From Actinomycetota bacterium (GTDB lineage Bacteria; Actinomycetota; UBA4738; HRBIN12), in assembly GCA_046731295.1 (NCBI GenBank), contig JBKPKU010000105.1, forward strand, positions 10,530 to 74,529: a DNA stretch of 64,000 bases, given 5' to 3'. A model generated the notes under the pieces. The model saw nothing but the letters and a program-made list of their open reading frames with translations. It searched no databases and was not told where the DNA came from. Every line of letters begins with the position of its first letter. Within the stretch, counting starts at the first letter, position 1. Positions 46,347 to 55,030 of the stretch are shown here, piece by piece. Both the position numbers and the translations under genes were made by a program.

Positions 46347-46793
46347 TCAGCCCCGCGCCGCCGAGCTGTTCGCCATCGCTTCCCGCACGGCCCGAACCCA
46401 CTCCTCGAGCGTCTCCTTCTTCTCGCGGTTGGTGAGCCCGAGGTAGTTCACGTTGTCCCGACGCGCCTTGCGCTTGGGGCTGCGGAACGCCGCGAGACCG
46501 CTCGGCCGCTCGGGCGTCGTGCCCAGGAGGGCGTTCAGCGGGGGCGGCTGGGCGAAGTAGAAGGCGGTCCGGCGCGGCCCGGTTGCGATCGTGCGCTCGA
46601 CCATGAGCACGGGCGAGCCCCGGAGGCGGCGTACCTTCACGATGTCCGTCAGCGCGATCCGCAGCCCGGGCCGGGCCTCGTCCAGCGGAGTGAACAGCAG
46701 GGCCGCGCCGCTCAACTCGAGCGTTCCCTTGATCTCGTCGGGCTCGACCTCCTTGGCGAGCTCGACGGCCCAGACGGTCACGGCTCTCGGCAT
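46347..46793 (-). CDS. Hypothetical protein (148 aa) on the opposite strand between rpmA and obg
   Basis: Internal ATG at 46793. Balanced composition ('IKGTLELSGAALLFTPLDEARPGLRIALTDIVKVRRLRGSPVLMVE'), suggestive of a small beta-sandwich/PH-like fold, with a basic C-terminal helix. Family not recognised. Confidence 0.55.
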   Translation of the reverse strand: MPRAVTVWAVELAKEVEPDEIKGTLELSGAALLFTPLDEARPGLRIALTDIVKVRRLRGSPVLMVERTIATGPRRTAFYFAQPPPLNALLGTTPERPSGLAAFRSPKRKARRDNVNYLGLTNREKKETLEEWVRAVREAMANSSAARG

Positions 46794-46828
46794 GGTTCCA
46801 TCATGCGGGTTTCGGCCACAATCTGCCC

Positions 46829-48079
46829 ATGGCGTTCGTCGACGAAGTGACGGTGTTCGCGCGCGGCGGTCGGGGCGGCAACGGCTCGGCTTCGATCCTG
46901 CGCGAGCCGTACAACCCACACGGCGGGCCCGACGGGGGCGATGGCGGGCCGGGCGGCGACGTGGTCTTCGAGGTCTCGACCGGCGCACGCGACCTGGCCT
47001 GGCTGGCCGACCACCCCCACGTCCGGGCCCCGAACGGCGGCTCGGGCGGCAAGCGTGGACGCACCGGCGCCGCCGGGGAGGACCTCGTGATCCGCGTCCC
47101 GGACGGCACGAGGGTCGAGGACGAGGACGGGCTGCTCGCGGACCTGGTGGGCGAGGGCGCACGGGCGGTGGTGGCCCGCGGCGGCCGGGGCGGACGCGGG
47201 AACGCGGCCGTGGCGACGCAGCGCGAACGCGTGCCGCGCTCGGCCGAGGCGGGCGAGGCGGGCGAGGATCGGCGGCTCTCGGTCGAGCTGCGCACGGTCG
47301 CCGACCTCGGCCTCGTCGGCCTGCCGAACGCCGGCAAGTCGACACTGCTCGCACGGCTCACCGCGGCGCACCCGAAGGTCGCCGACTACCCGTTCACGAC
47401 GCTGTCTCCCAACCTCGGCGTCGCCGGCGAGGACGAGCGCTTCGTCGTGGCCGACGTTCCCGGGCTCGTCGAGGGGGCGCACGCGGGGCGCGGGCTCGGG
47501 CACCGCTTCCTGCGGCACGTAAGCCGATGCCGCGCGCTCGTCCTGGTGGTCGACCTTGCCTCGTCGGATCCCGCGGCCGACCTCGAGGTCGTCCGGACCG
47601 AGCTCGGCGCGTACGACCCGGCGCTGCTCTCGCGCCCCACGATCGTCGTAGGGACCAAGGCGGACCTCGCGCCGGACGTCGACGCGCAGGCGTTGCTCGG
47701 TGGAGGCGCGATCGCGGTCTCGGCCGTGACGACCGAGGGGATGGAACCGCTCCGCGAGCGGCTGTCCGCCCTCGCGAGGGATGCAGAGGCCGTCGCAGAG
47801 GACCGAAGCGCGTACGTCGTCCTCCGTCCCGCTCGCCCCCGGTTCACGGTCACGCGCGAGGGCGGACGGTTTCGCGTGGTCGGCCGCGGTGTCGAACGCT
47901 GGGTCTCCGAGACCGACCTGGAGGACCCGGCCAAGGTCGAGCGACTGCAGCGGCGACTGGCGAAGGAGGGTGTCGAGCGCGAGCTGGTCTCGGCCGGCGC
48001 CCGGCGCGGCGACGAGGTGCTGATCGGCGACGTGGCGTTCGAGTTCATCCCGGAGGGGCGGGCCGATGGGACGGCGTGA
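46829..48079 (+). CDS. obg: GTPase Obg/CgtA
   Basis: 'FVDEVTVFARGGRGGNGSAS' Gly-rich Obg fold. G1 'GLPNAGKST', G3 'DVPGL' and G4 'TKAD'. Confidence 0.95.
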   Translation: MAFVDEVTVFARGGRGGNGSASILREPYNPHGGPDGGDGGPGGDVVFEVSTGARDLAWLADHPHVRAPNGGSGGKRGRTGAAGEDLVIRVPDGTRVEDEDGLLADLVGEGARAVVARGGRGGRGNAAVATQRERVPRSAEAGEAGEDRRLSVELRTVADLGLVGLPNAGKSTLLARLTAAHPKVADYPFTTLSPNLGVAGEDERFVVADVPGLVEGAHAGRGLGHRFLRHVSRCRALVLVVDLASSDPAADLEVVRTELGAYDPALLSRPTIVVGTKADLAPDVDAQALLGGGAIAVSAVTTEGMEPLRERLSALARDAEAVAEDRSAYVVLRPARPRFTVTREGGRFRVVGRGVERWVSETDLEDPAKVERLQRRLAKEGVERELVSAGARRGDEVLIGDVAFEFIPEGRADGTA

Positions 48080-48524
48080 GGAGCTGCTGCGCGCCGAGGC
48101 GGAGCGGTGGGCCGCGTTCGAGGCGGTGCTCGACGCGGTGCCGGCGGCCCGGCTCGAGACGCCGGGCCTGAACGCCGAGGGCTGGGCGGTCCGGGACATG
48201 ATGTGGCACGTCGCGTTCTGGTGCTCGGACGCCGCCCGTGCGCTGACCGACATCGCGGAAGGCCGCTTCGACCGCGCGCAGGAGCCCTACACCGCCGACC
48301 AGGTGAACGGCATGAACGACCGCGAGTTCGAGCGGTCGCGTTCGATGCGGCCCGAGGAGATCCGCGCCGAGCTCCACCGCGCGCGCGCGGCGATGCTCGA
48401 GCGGTTCGGCGTGCTGAACGAGATCACCGCCGACGCCGACGAGTGGTTCGAGGAGAGCGGGCCGCTCCACTACGCCGAGCACCTGCGCGAGCTCCGAGCG
48501 TGGGCGCCCTCGCACGACGCCTGA
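48066..48524 (+). CDS. DinB-superfamily four-helix-bundle protein (ClbS/MDMPI_N-like)
   Basis: '[13 protein letters not shown]...' and C-terminal '[12 protein letters not shown]' show the pattern of conserved His residues on helices. It overlaps the obg 3' end by 14 nt. Confidence 0.55.
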   Translation: MGRREELLRAEAERWAAFEAVLDAVPAARLETPGLNAEGWAVRDMMWHVAFWCSDAARALTDIAEGRFDRAQEPYTADQVNGMNDREFERSRSMRPEEIRAELHRARAAMLERFGVLNEITADADEWFEESGPLHYAEHLRELRAWAPSHDA

Positions 48525-48556
48525 AATCCACCGAGGGCGCTCGGGCGCACCGTAGG

Positions 48557-49159
48557 ATGGCCGGCGTGGGACGAGGCCTCGGGGTCATGGGCGGCACGTT
48601 CGACCCGATCCACTACGGGCACCTCGTGACGGCGGAGGAGGCCCAGGTCCAGTTCGCCCTGGACGCCGTCGTGTTCGTGCCGACCGGACATCCGTGGATG
48701 AAGGAGGACCGCGAGGTCTCGCCGGCCGAGGACCGGTATCTGATGACCGTCATCGCGACCGCGAGCAACCCGCGGTTCCAGGTCTCGCGGGTCGAGATCG
48801 ACCGCAAGGGGCCCACGTACACAGTCGACACACTGCGTCTCCTCGGCGCCGAGAACCCCGACGCCGAGCTGTACTTCATCACCGGCGCCGACGCCATGCT
48901 GGAGATCCTCGAATGGAAGGACCCCGAGGAGGTCCTGTCGATCGCGCACTTCATCGCGGCCACCCGTCCCGGCTACGACCTCGAGCGGTTCGAGTCCGCG
49001 GCGCCGACGCACACAACAAACGTGAGCCTGATGAGCATCCCGGCGCTCGCGATCAGCTCGACCGACGTTCGGACGCGCGTGCACGATGGCCGGCCGATCC
49101 GCTACCTGGTCCCCGAGGGCGTCAAGAGCTACATCGAGAAGGCCGGGCTGTACCGGTGA
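48557..49159 (+). CDS. nadD: Nicotinate-nucleotide adenylyltransferase
   Basis: '[15 protein letters not shown]' (H/TxxH) and 'ISSTDVR'. Confidence 0.9.
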   Translation: MAGVGRGLGVMGGTFDPIHYGHLVTAEEAQVQFALDAVVFVPTGHPWMKEDREVSPAEDRYLMTVIATASNPRFQVSRVEIDRKGPTYTVDTLRLLGAENPDAELYFITGADAMLEILEWKDPEEVLSIAHFIAATRPGYDLERFESAAPTHTTNVSLMSIPALAISSTDVRTRVHDGRPIRYLVPEGVKSYIEKAGLYR

Positions 49160-50127
49160 CCCGTCGCCTATCGATCCTGCTGTTCGTCGCGATGCTCTCC
49201 ACGGCCGGAACGGGCGCGCTGCTGGTCGTCCGCGAACGCGCGGAGTCCGAGACCCAACTCACGACATCGCAGGCCACGGGGCTGGCGCTCGTGACGATTC
49301 GGACCGACGACGCGTTGCTGCCTGCGGTCGTCGGGAGCACCGGGTTCGGCACGACCGGGGCGCTCGTGATCCCGCCCTCGGTCATGGTCGTGATCCCGGG
49401 CCAAGGCGAGTCGACCGTGGCCGACGCGATGCAGCTGGACCCGCTTCCCGCCGCGACGGCGATCAGCAACCTCTTGGGCGTGTGGATCGACGACACCGCG
49501 ACGGTGGAGGCCGCCGAGGTCGCGGCGGTCACCGACGAGACCGGAGGCGTCGAGATCCGCGGCGACGCAACCCGCGGGACCGAGGTCTTCTCGATGCTCG
49601 ACGAGCCGGATCCGGGCGGCGTCGCGGCGCTACAGGTCGTCCTCAGGGCCCTCGCCGCGGCCGGGGCGTCGTGGGACGAGTCGAACCTGTCCGGGGCAGG
49701 CAACGGCGGCCACGTCGCCGACGCTCTCTCGGCGCTCTCGGGCTCGAACGTTGCCATCCTGCGGGCTGACGAGGTTGCGAGCGGCGTCGTCCGCTCGAGC
49801 CCCGAGCAGGTGTCGCAGGCGCTCGTCGACGCCTTTGGCGGGCCGGCCGCGGAGGCGACCCCGGTCATCGTGCTGAACGGGAACGGCGTGCCCGGGATCG
49901 GCGAGCGGGTGGCCGAACGGCTGATCCCCGGCGGCTTCCGGGTCGCCGTCTCGCAGAACGCCTCCGAGTTCGATCATGCCGAGACCCTGATCGTGGTTGG
50001 CTCATCCGACGACATCGGATTGGCCGAACGTGTGCGAGACTTGCTGGGTGTGGGGAGCGTGTCCGTGTCCGTGGACTCGGGGATCGCTCCTGTGACGGTC
50101 GTGGTGGGGGAGGACTTCTCCGGTTGA
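49156..50127 (+). CDS. Membrane-anchored protein with a C-terminal LytR_C-like domain
   Basis: GTG overlaps the nadD stop. N-terminal TM. C-terminal '[44 protein letters not shown]'. Confidence 0.65.
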   Translation: MTRRLSILLFVAMLSTAGTGALLVVRERAESETQLTTSQATGLALVTIRTDDALLPAVVGSTGFGTTGALVIPPSVMVVIPGQGESTVADAMQLDPLPAATAISNLLGVWIDDTATVEAAEVAAVTDETGGVEIRGDATRGTEVFSMLDEPDPGGVAALQVVLRALAAAGASWDESNLSGAGNGGHVADALSALSGSNVAILRADEVASGVVRSSPEQVSQALVDAFGGPAAEATPVIVLNGNGVPGIGERVAERLIPGGFRVAVSQNASEFDHAETLIVVGSSDDIGLAERVRDLLGVGSVSVSVDSGIAPVTVVVGEDFSG

Positions 50128-50145
50128 GCAGCACCGAAGGACGGC

Positions 50146-50544
50146 GTGCCGGGTAGCGACGCGACCCACGCCGACAGTCGCGAGGTCGCCGTCACGGCGG
50201 CGCGTGCGGCGGCCGCCAAGCAGGCTGCGGACGTCACGATCCTCGACGTGCACGGTCTGATCGTGATCACCGACTACTTCGTGATCTGTTCGGGACAGAC
50301 GGACCGACAGGTCAAGACCATCGTCGAGGAGGTCGAGAAAGCCGTCCGCGAGATGGGCGAGCGGCCTGTCCGCCGGGAGGGCGAGGCCGATTCGAGGTGG
50401 GTGCTGCTCGACTACGTGGACGTCGTGATCCATGTGTTCGCCGAGGAGGAGCGCGAATACTACGACCTCGAGCGCCTGTGGCGAGATGCCCCGCGCGTTC
50501 GATGGAACGGTTCGGAGCACGCCGCGGCCGGTTCGCTAGACTGA
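50146..50544 (+). CDS. rsfS: Ribosome silencing factor RsfS (Iojap)
   Basis: 'ITDYFVICSGQTDRQVKTIVEEV...WVLLDYVDVVIHVFAEEEREYYDLERLW'. Confidence 0.9.
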   Translation: MPGSDATHADSREVAVTAARAAAAKQAADVTILDVHGLIVITDYFVICSGQTDRQVKTIVEEVEKAVREMGERPVRREGEADSRWVLLDYVDVVIHVFAEEEREYYDLERLWRDAPRVRWNGSEHAAAGSLD

Positions 50545-50553
50545 CCCACCCAC

Positions 50554-50629
50554 GGGCCCATAGCTCAGCTGGTAGAGCGTCTGGCTGGCAGCCAGAAGGT
50601 CAGGGGTTCGAATCCCCTTGGGTCCACCA
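50554..50629 (+). tRNA. tRNA-Ala (anticodon GGC), CCA encoded
   Basis: GGGCCCATAGCTCAGCTGGTAGAGCGTCTGGCTGGCAGCCAGAAGGTCAGGGGTTCGAATCCCCTTGGGTCCACCA. The G3:U70 identity pair is present. Confidence 0.9.
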
Positions 50630-51071
50630 TCGAGCCCTTGTGTGAACCGAGCAGGGATGCGAAGGGCTCCTCGTACGCGAAGTCTGCGATCGCGCTGTCC
50701 CGGACGCGGATCGTCTCGAAGAAGGCTTGGTTCCACATCCTGCGGACTTCGGGCTTCGCCTTCCGGTAGCTCGACGCGCAGTCCTTCGCGATGTCGAGGG
50801 CGAGGTCGATGATCTGGTTTGCCTGATTCAGCTTCTCCCCATCCGTCGCGAGCTGTGACTCTGCCTCTGTTACCTCGGTGTTGATCCGGGCCTGCTCGCG
50901 CTTCAGGATCTGAACGTCGATGGCGTCGGCGTAGTAGGCGCGCAGCAGCTTCTCGCGCTCGTTCGCGAGCTGCCGCAGCCGTCGTTGAGTCGTGGGCTCT
51001 CGGTACCGTCGATGGGAACATCCAGCGCGAGCGCGGCATATGGCTCGGGCCCGGAGATCGAAGATCCTCAT
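50630..51071 (-). mobile_element. Remnant of a large serine recombinase gene (C-terminal coiled-coil region only)
   Basis: 'RRLRQLANEREKLLRAYYADAIDVQILKREQARINTEVTEAESQL...KPEVRRMWNQAFFETIRVRDSAIADFAYEEPFASLL' resembles the C-terminal third of large serine recombinases. No resolvase catalytic domain is found upstream. The frame runs on into the tRNA-Ala 3' end. Confidence 0.55.
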
Positions 51072-51290
51072 GACGGCGGCCGCGTCGACGTTGGGACTAG
51101 CTCTCCGCCGACCAGGCCGCAGTTATCGGGGCTCGCGTCCTGAGACCGTCAGCCGGCATCGTCGTGGATCCGCGCTGGGAGCCTGAGCCGACCGGCGGTG
51201 GCGAGCCTGCCGTCCGGGCTCGGTGATGCGTGATCACTACACTCCTTGAGCGGATCTGGCCCCGAGAGCGGTGTCGGTCGGGAGGACGAG

Positions 51291-51566
51291 ATGGGCGGGG
51301 ACGAGCAGATGGATCGAAAGGCCCTCGTGTTCTTGCGCGACGGGCGCGTTCGAGTTGCCGACGCCGAGGACGTCAGCCTGTTGCCTCACGCCGTTGAGAT
51401 CGGGCTGCGCCGCCGCGACCCGGCCGACAGGACCTCGGACTTGGATGTATTCCCGTGGGGAGAAGTGGCCCGCGTCTATGTCGGGATCGCTGTGTTGAGG
51501 CAAGGCCAGTGGCTTCCTGAGGTCGATGTCGCCGAAAAGACGTGGCAGAGGGGGGATCTGATCTAA
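51291..51566 (+). CDS. Hypothetical protein (91 aa)
   Basis: ATG at 51291 follows GGGAGG. No family recognised. It lies in an A/T-richer segment. Confidence 0.35.
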   Translation: MGGDEQMDRKALVFLRDGRVRVADAEDVSLLPHAVEIGLRRRDPADRTSDLDVFPWGEVARVYVGIAVLRQGQWLPEVDVAEKTWQRGDLI

Positions 51567-51617
51567 GGAGCCGGCCAATGACAACTGTGGGAGCGTGTCG
51601 ACGGCGGTAACGGTCTA

Positions 51618-51857
51618 ATGCATGGCGTGTCTGGTCGTGGCCGCCTCCCAGCTGCCGAAGCCACCGGTGACCTGGACACGGTCGCCAGCTTGTTGAACCC
51701 AGATGGGGAACGGCAGTGGAGGACGCTGGGGCGCGAGTCTCTACGAGACGCGACTCGTGCGCTCGGTTCTGTCGATCGGAGCACCGGGAGGGGGACGCGC
51801 ACACTTCCGGGGCCTTGCTCGCTACCTTCGGGGCTCATCCGCACAAGCGGCGGGTGA
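51618..51857 (+). pseudogene. Possible fragment of an NTF2/SnoaL-like protein
   Basis: 'AAEATGDLDTVASLLNPDGERQWRTLGRESLRDATRAL' resembles the N-terminal helix and first strand of SnoaL-like proteins. The remainder is Gly/Arg/Ser junk. Confidence 0.25.
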
Positions 51858-51884
51858 CCCCGAGGACGCGGGTGTACGTGTGAA

Positions 51885-52040
51885 TCAACTACGGAGCGCG
51901 GTGCGACCAACCGGCCTCAACAGCAAGAGGACGGACAGTCCGAGGAACGCGACGCCGGTCACAACACCCACCAAGCTCGCGTGGGTGAAGATGAGAACTG
52001 CGGCGCCGATCGCTGCTGCTAGCAACCAGAGCGATCTCAT
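51885..52040 (-). CDS. Possible small membrane protein (51 aa, two TM segments)
   Basis: Internal ATG at 52040 follows GAAGG. 'MRSLWLLAAAIGAAVLIFTHASLVGVVTGVAFLGLSVLLLL'. Confidence 0.3.
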   Translation of the reverse strand: MRSLWLLAAAIGAAVLIFTHASLVGVVTGVAFLGLSVLLLLRPVGRTALRS

Positions 52041-52060
52041 CGGAGCCTTCTTCCATCGGC

Positions 52061-52309
52061 TTATGCCGTTGGCGCGAGTGTACGCGTTCCGGGCAGACCC
52101 ACGACGCGCGGAGGGCTCACGACGGACCTCGGCACCCGTGCAACCGATACCTCCCAGCTCTGCCCTGTGCCCTCGTTCACGACGGTGACGGTCTCCCCGG
52201 TCACCTGGGCAACCCATCGCGCCGCGGAATCCGCCCTGGTGCGGCTTCGATACGAGCCACTGCCGCGGGCCGTGTAGACGGTGAAGGACCCGCTCCGTCG
52301 TGGTCTCAT
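52061..52309 (-). CDS. Hypothetical protein (82 aa)
   Basis: ATG at 52309 overlaps the stop of the upstream mini-ORF (ATGA). 'FTVYTARGSGSYRSRTRADSAARWVAQVTGETVTVVNEGTGQSWEVSV'. Confidence 0.3.
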   Translation of the reverse strand: MRPRRSGSFTVYTARGSGSYRSRTRADSAARWVAQVTGETVTVVNEGTGQSWEVSVARVPRSVVSPPRVVGLPGTRTLAPTA

Positions 52310-52428
52310 GACGTGGCCCTTTGGGCGGTAGCGACTTTCTCGCTCTTGGACTCCGGTGGCGGCGGTCCGATCGGCGGGGGCGGAAGATCGAGCAGACAAG
52401 TGGCCGGATCCGACATCGTGATGGACAT
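52306..52428 (-). CDS. Possible Pro-rich mini-protein (40 aa)
   Basis: ATG at 52428 follows GAGGGAGGG. 'MSITMSDPATCLLDLPPPPIGPPPPESKSEKVATAQRATS'. Confidence 0.25.
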   Translation of the reverse strand: MSITMSDPATCLLDLPPPPIGPPPPESKSEKVATAQRATS

Positions 52429-52502
52429 GGTGCCCTCCCTCGTTCGGGGGGCGGCCCACGGCTCTTCGCGAGCGGTCCCGCTGAGTGTCTGCAACTAGTG
52501 TC

Positions 52503-52826
52503 TCACGTCGAGTCGGACGTCGGACGGTCGACGGCTGCAGTGTGCGCCAGCGTCAGCTGGTGGATCGCTTTGGTCAGATCGAGGATCTGGTTGGAGAGCC
52601 CGATCAGCTCGACGTTCTGTTGTTCCTCGGACTGCACCATCCGCCATTCCTGGTCGGCCAGGTGTCTGCGGGCGTCGTCCTGGCGATTCTGGCTGATCAT
52701 CACGAACGTCGACAGGAAGATGGCTTCGAGCGACACGATCATGGTCAGCAACCCGTACGGGTAACGCTCGATCCCCAACGCGATCCAGATCGAGAACCAG
52801 GCGATGTGGAGATAGGCGAACCACAT
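52503..52826 (-). CDS. DUF1003-family membrane protein (N-terminal part apparently frameshifted)
   Basis: 'WFSIWIALGIERYPYGLLTMIVSLEAIFLSTFVMISQNRQDDARRHLADQEW' is the DUF1003 core (SLEAI...QNRQ). The same frame continues upstream without a start as 'APEAFRIGSPDAITRFAGS'. A plausible ATG at 52974 lies in another frame. Confidence 0.65.
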   Translation of the reverse strand: MWFAYLHIAWFSIWIALGIERYPYGLLTMIVSLEAIFLSTFVMISQNRQDDARRHLADQEWRMVQSEEQQNVELIGLSNQILDLTKAIHQLTLAHTAAVDRPTSDST

Positions 52827-53157
52827 CGATCCCGCGAACCTCGTGATCGCATCGGGCGACCCGATTCTGAACGCTTCGGGCGCGCTCTTCCCCGAGCTCG
52901 AGCAGCGCGGGATGGATGGGCTTCTTCGGCGCGGCGACGACCACGGCTCCTCCTTTGCCGTTCAGCGGCGCCATCGGCGCCAGTGGGAGCGTAAGCAGGC
53001 ACGATGAGCATCGGAAGCATCTTGCCGGGCCGGCAACCGAGTACACTGATCGTGCAGGAACAAACTGCGGTTCGCGCGTAGCGACCGACCCGTGGCCCAG
53101 CGGCCCACCCGCCCCTCGCCTCCCACGAATCTCGAGGATCCAGAAGGAGGCGGCCCC

Positions 53158-53352
53158 GTGGTCAGGTGCCCCGTCTGCACGAAGATACAAATGGTGTACG
53201 TCCAGACCCCAACACGCACGGCCTGCTACTACTGCGGCGCCCGGTGGGCGCAATCGGGAGATGAGCAGGACGGCATCATTGGGCTGGCAGCTCCACCGTC
53301 CGCCCTGCAGTCCATGGGGAAGCTCCACTCGACGACGGAGGGAATGAGATGA
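53158..53352 (+). CDS. Small zinc-ribbon protein (64 aa), translationally coupled to groEL
   Basis: GTG at 53158 lies 7 nt after GAAGGAGG. '[30 protein letters not shown]' carries CxxC...CxxC. Its stop overlaps the groEL ATG (ATGA at 53349-53352). Confidence 0.5.
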   Translation: MVRCPVCTKIQMVYVQTPTRTACYYCGARWAQSGDEQDGIIGLAAPPSALQSMGKLHSTTEGMR

Positions 53353-54965
53353 CGGCCAAGCTGATCACGTTCAACACGGAGGCGCGCCGAGCACTGGAGC
53401 GGGGACTCGACCAGGTCGCCAAGGCGGTCAAGATCACGCTCGGGCCGAGGGGCCGCAACGTAGTGCTCGAAAGGAAGTGGGGCGCGCCGACGATCACCAA
53501 CGACGGCGTCTCGATCGCGAGCGAGATCGACCTCGAGGACCCGCAGGAGAACATCGGGGCCCAGCTCGTCAAGGAAGTCGCAAAGAAGACCAACGACGTG
53601 GCGGGCGACGGGACGACCACTGCCACCGTGTTGGCCCAGGCCATGGTGAAGCAGGGCCTTCGGAACGTGACCGCCGGCGCCAGCCCGATGGCGCTCAAGC
53701 GCGGCATCGAGGCCGCCGTGGAAGCGGCGGTGGAGTCGATCGGGCACCAGGCGATAGACATCGAGAGCAAGGCCGACATCGAGCACGTGGCTTCCATCTC
53801 CGCGGCTGATCCGGAGATCGGCGCACAGATCGCCGAGGCCATGGACAAGGTGGGCAAGAACGGCGTCATCACCGTCGAGGAGTCCCAGACGTTCGGCATG
53901 GAGCTGGAGTTCGTGGAGGGGATGCGGTTCGACAAGGGCTACATCTCGCCCTACTTCGTCACCGATCCGGAACGGATGGAGGTTTCCTACGAGGACCCCT
54001 ACGTCCTGCTGGTCGAGAGCAAGGTCTCCAGGGTGGAGGACATGCTTCCGCTCATTGAGAAGATCCTCTCGGCTCCCCGGCCGCTCGTGATCATCGCAGA
54101 GGACATGGAGGGGCAGGCGCTGGCCACGCTGGTCGTGAACAAGATCCGCGGCATGTTCAGCTCCGTGGCGATCAAGGCCCCTGGCTTCGGCGACCGCCGC
54201 AAGGCGATGCTGCAGGACCTGGCCATCCTCACGGGTGGGCAAGTCATCTCCAGTGAGGTCGGGCTCAAGCTCGAGAACGTCACGCTCGACTTGCTCGGCA
54301 GCGCACGGAAGGTGGTCGTGACCAAGGACGACAGCACGATCGTCGAAGGCGGCGGCAAGCCGGACGAGATCAAGGGTCGGGTCAACCAGCTCAAGGTCGA
54401 GATCGACAAGACGGATTCCGACTACGACCGAGAGAAGCTCCAGGAACGCCTCGCCAAGCTCTCCGGCGGCGTGGCCGTCATCAAGGTTGGTGCGGCCACC
54501 GAGGTGGAGCTGAAGGAGAGGAAGCACCGCATCGAGGATGCCGTCTCGGCGACCAAGGCGGCGGTCGAGGAGGGGATCGTGGCGGGCGGGGGCGTGGCGC
54601 TGCTGCAGGCGCAGGCGGCCCTGGACAAGGTCGATCTCGAAGGCGATGAGCTCACGGGCGTGGGCATCGTTCGCCGCGCCCTCGAAGAGCCAACCAAGCA
54701 GATCGCCGCGAACGCAGGCTTTGAGGGCGGCGTGGTGCTGGAGAAGGTCCGCGCGCTCGACCCGGGGTGGGGCCTGGACGCGGTTACGGGCAAGTACGTC
54801 GACATGTTCAAGGCGGGCATCGTCGATGCGGCACGGGTCACTCGCTGCGCGCTTCAGAACGCCGCTTCGATCGCAGCGCTGTTCTTGACGACCGAGGCTG
54901 TCGTGGCTACGAGGCCGGAGACGGCACCGGACATGCCCGGAGGGCCCGGGGACATGGACTTCTGA
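53349..54965 (+). CDS. groEL: Chaperonin GroEL (60 kDa), no adjacent groES
   Basis: '[11 protein letters not shown]', '[12 protein letters not shown]', '[14 protein letters not shown]' and the C-terminal 'PGGPGDMDF'. Confidence 0.95.
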   Translation: MTAKLITFNTEARRALERGLDQVAKAVKITLGPRGRNVVLERKWGAPTITNDGVSIASEIDLEDPQENIGAQLVKEVAKKTNDVAGDGTTTATVLAQAMVKQGLRNVTAGASPMALKRGIEAAVEAAVESIGHQAIDIESKADIEHVASISAADPEIGAQIAEAMDKVGKNGVITVEESQTFGMELEFVEGMRFDKGYISPYFVTDPERMEVSYEDPYVLLVESKVSRVEDMLPLIEKILSAPRPLVIIAEDMEGQALATLVVNKIRGMFSSVAIKAPGFGDRRKAMLQDLAILTGGQVISSEVGLKLENVTLDLLGSARKVVVTKDDSTIVEGGGKPDEIKGRVNQLKVEIDKTDSDYDREKLQERLAKLSGGVAVIKVGAATEVELKERKHRIEDAVSATKAAVEEGIVAGGGVALLQAQAALDKVDLEGDELTGVGIVRRALEEPTKQIAANAGFEGGVVLEKVRALDPGWGLDAVTGKYVDMFKAGIVDAARVTRCALQNAASIAALFLTTEAVVATRPETAPDMPGGPGDMDF

Positions 54966-55030
54966 TCCAGCTAGCAAACGGGACTGTCTGTGAAGAGGCC
55001 GCCGGCAGCCCCCCGACCATGGGAGGCATC

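Noticed and set aside
52990-53157. CIRCE or HAIR heat-shock operator upstream of groEL
   Set aside because: I scanned the spacer by eye for TTAGCACTC-N9-GAGTGCTAA and CTTGAGT-N7-ACTCAAG-like inverted repeats. None was found, only the unrelated TTGCCGG-N-CCGGCAA palindrome.
53229-54977. 582-aa minus-strand ORF opposite groEL
   Set aside because: It is the shadow frame of a highly conserved, clearly identified plus-strand gene.
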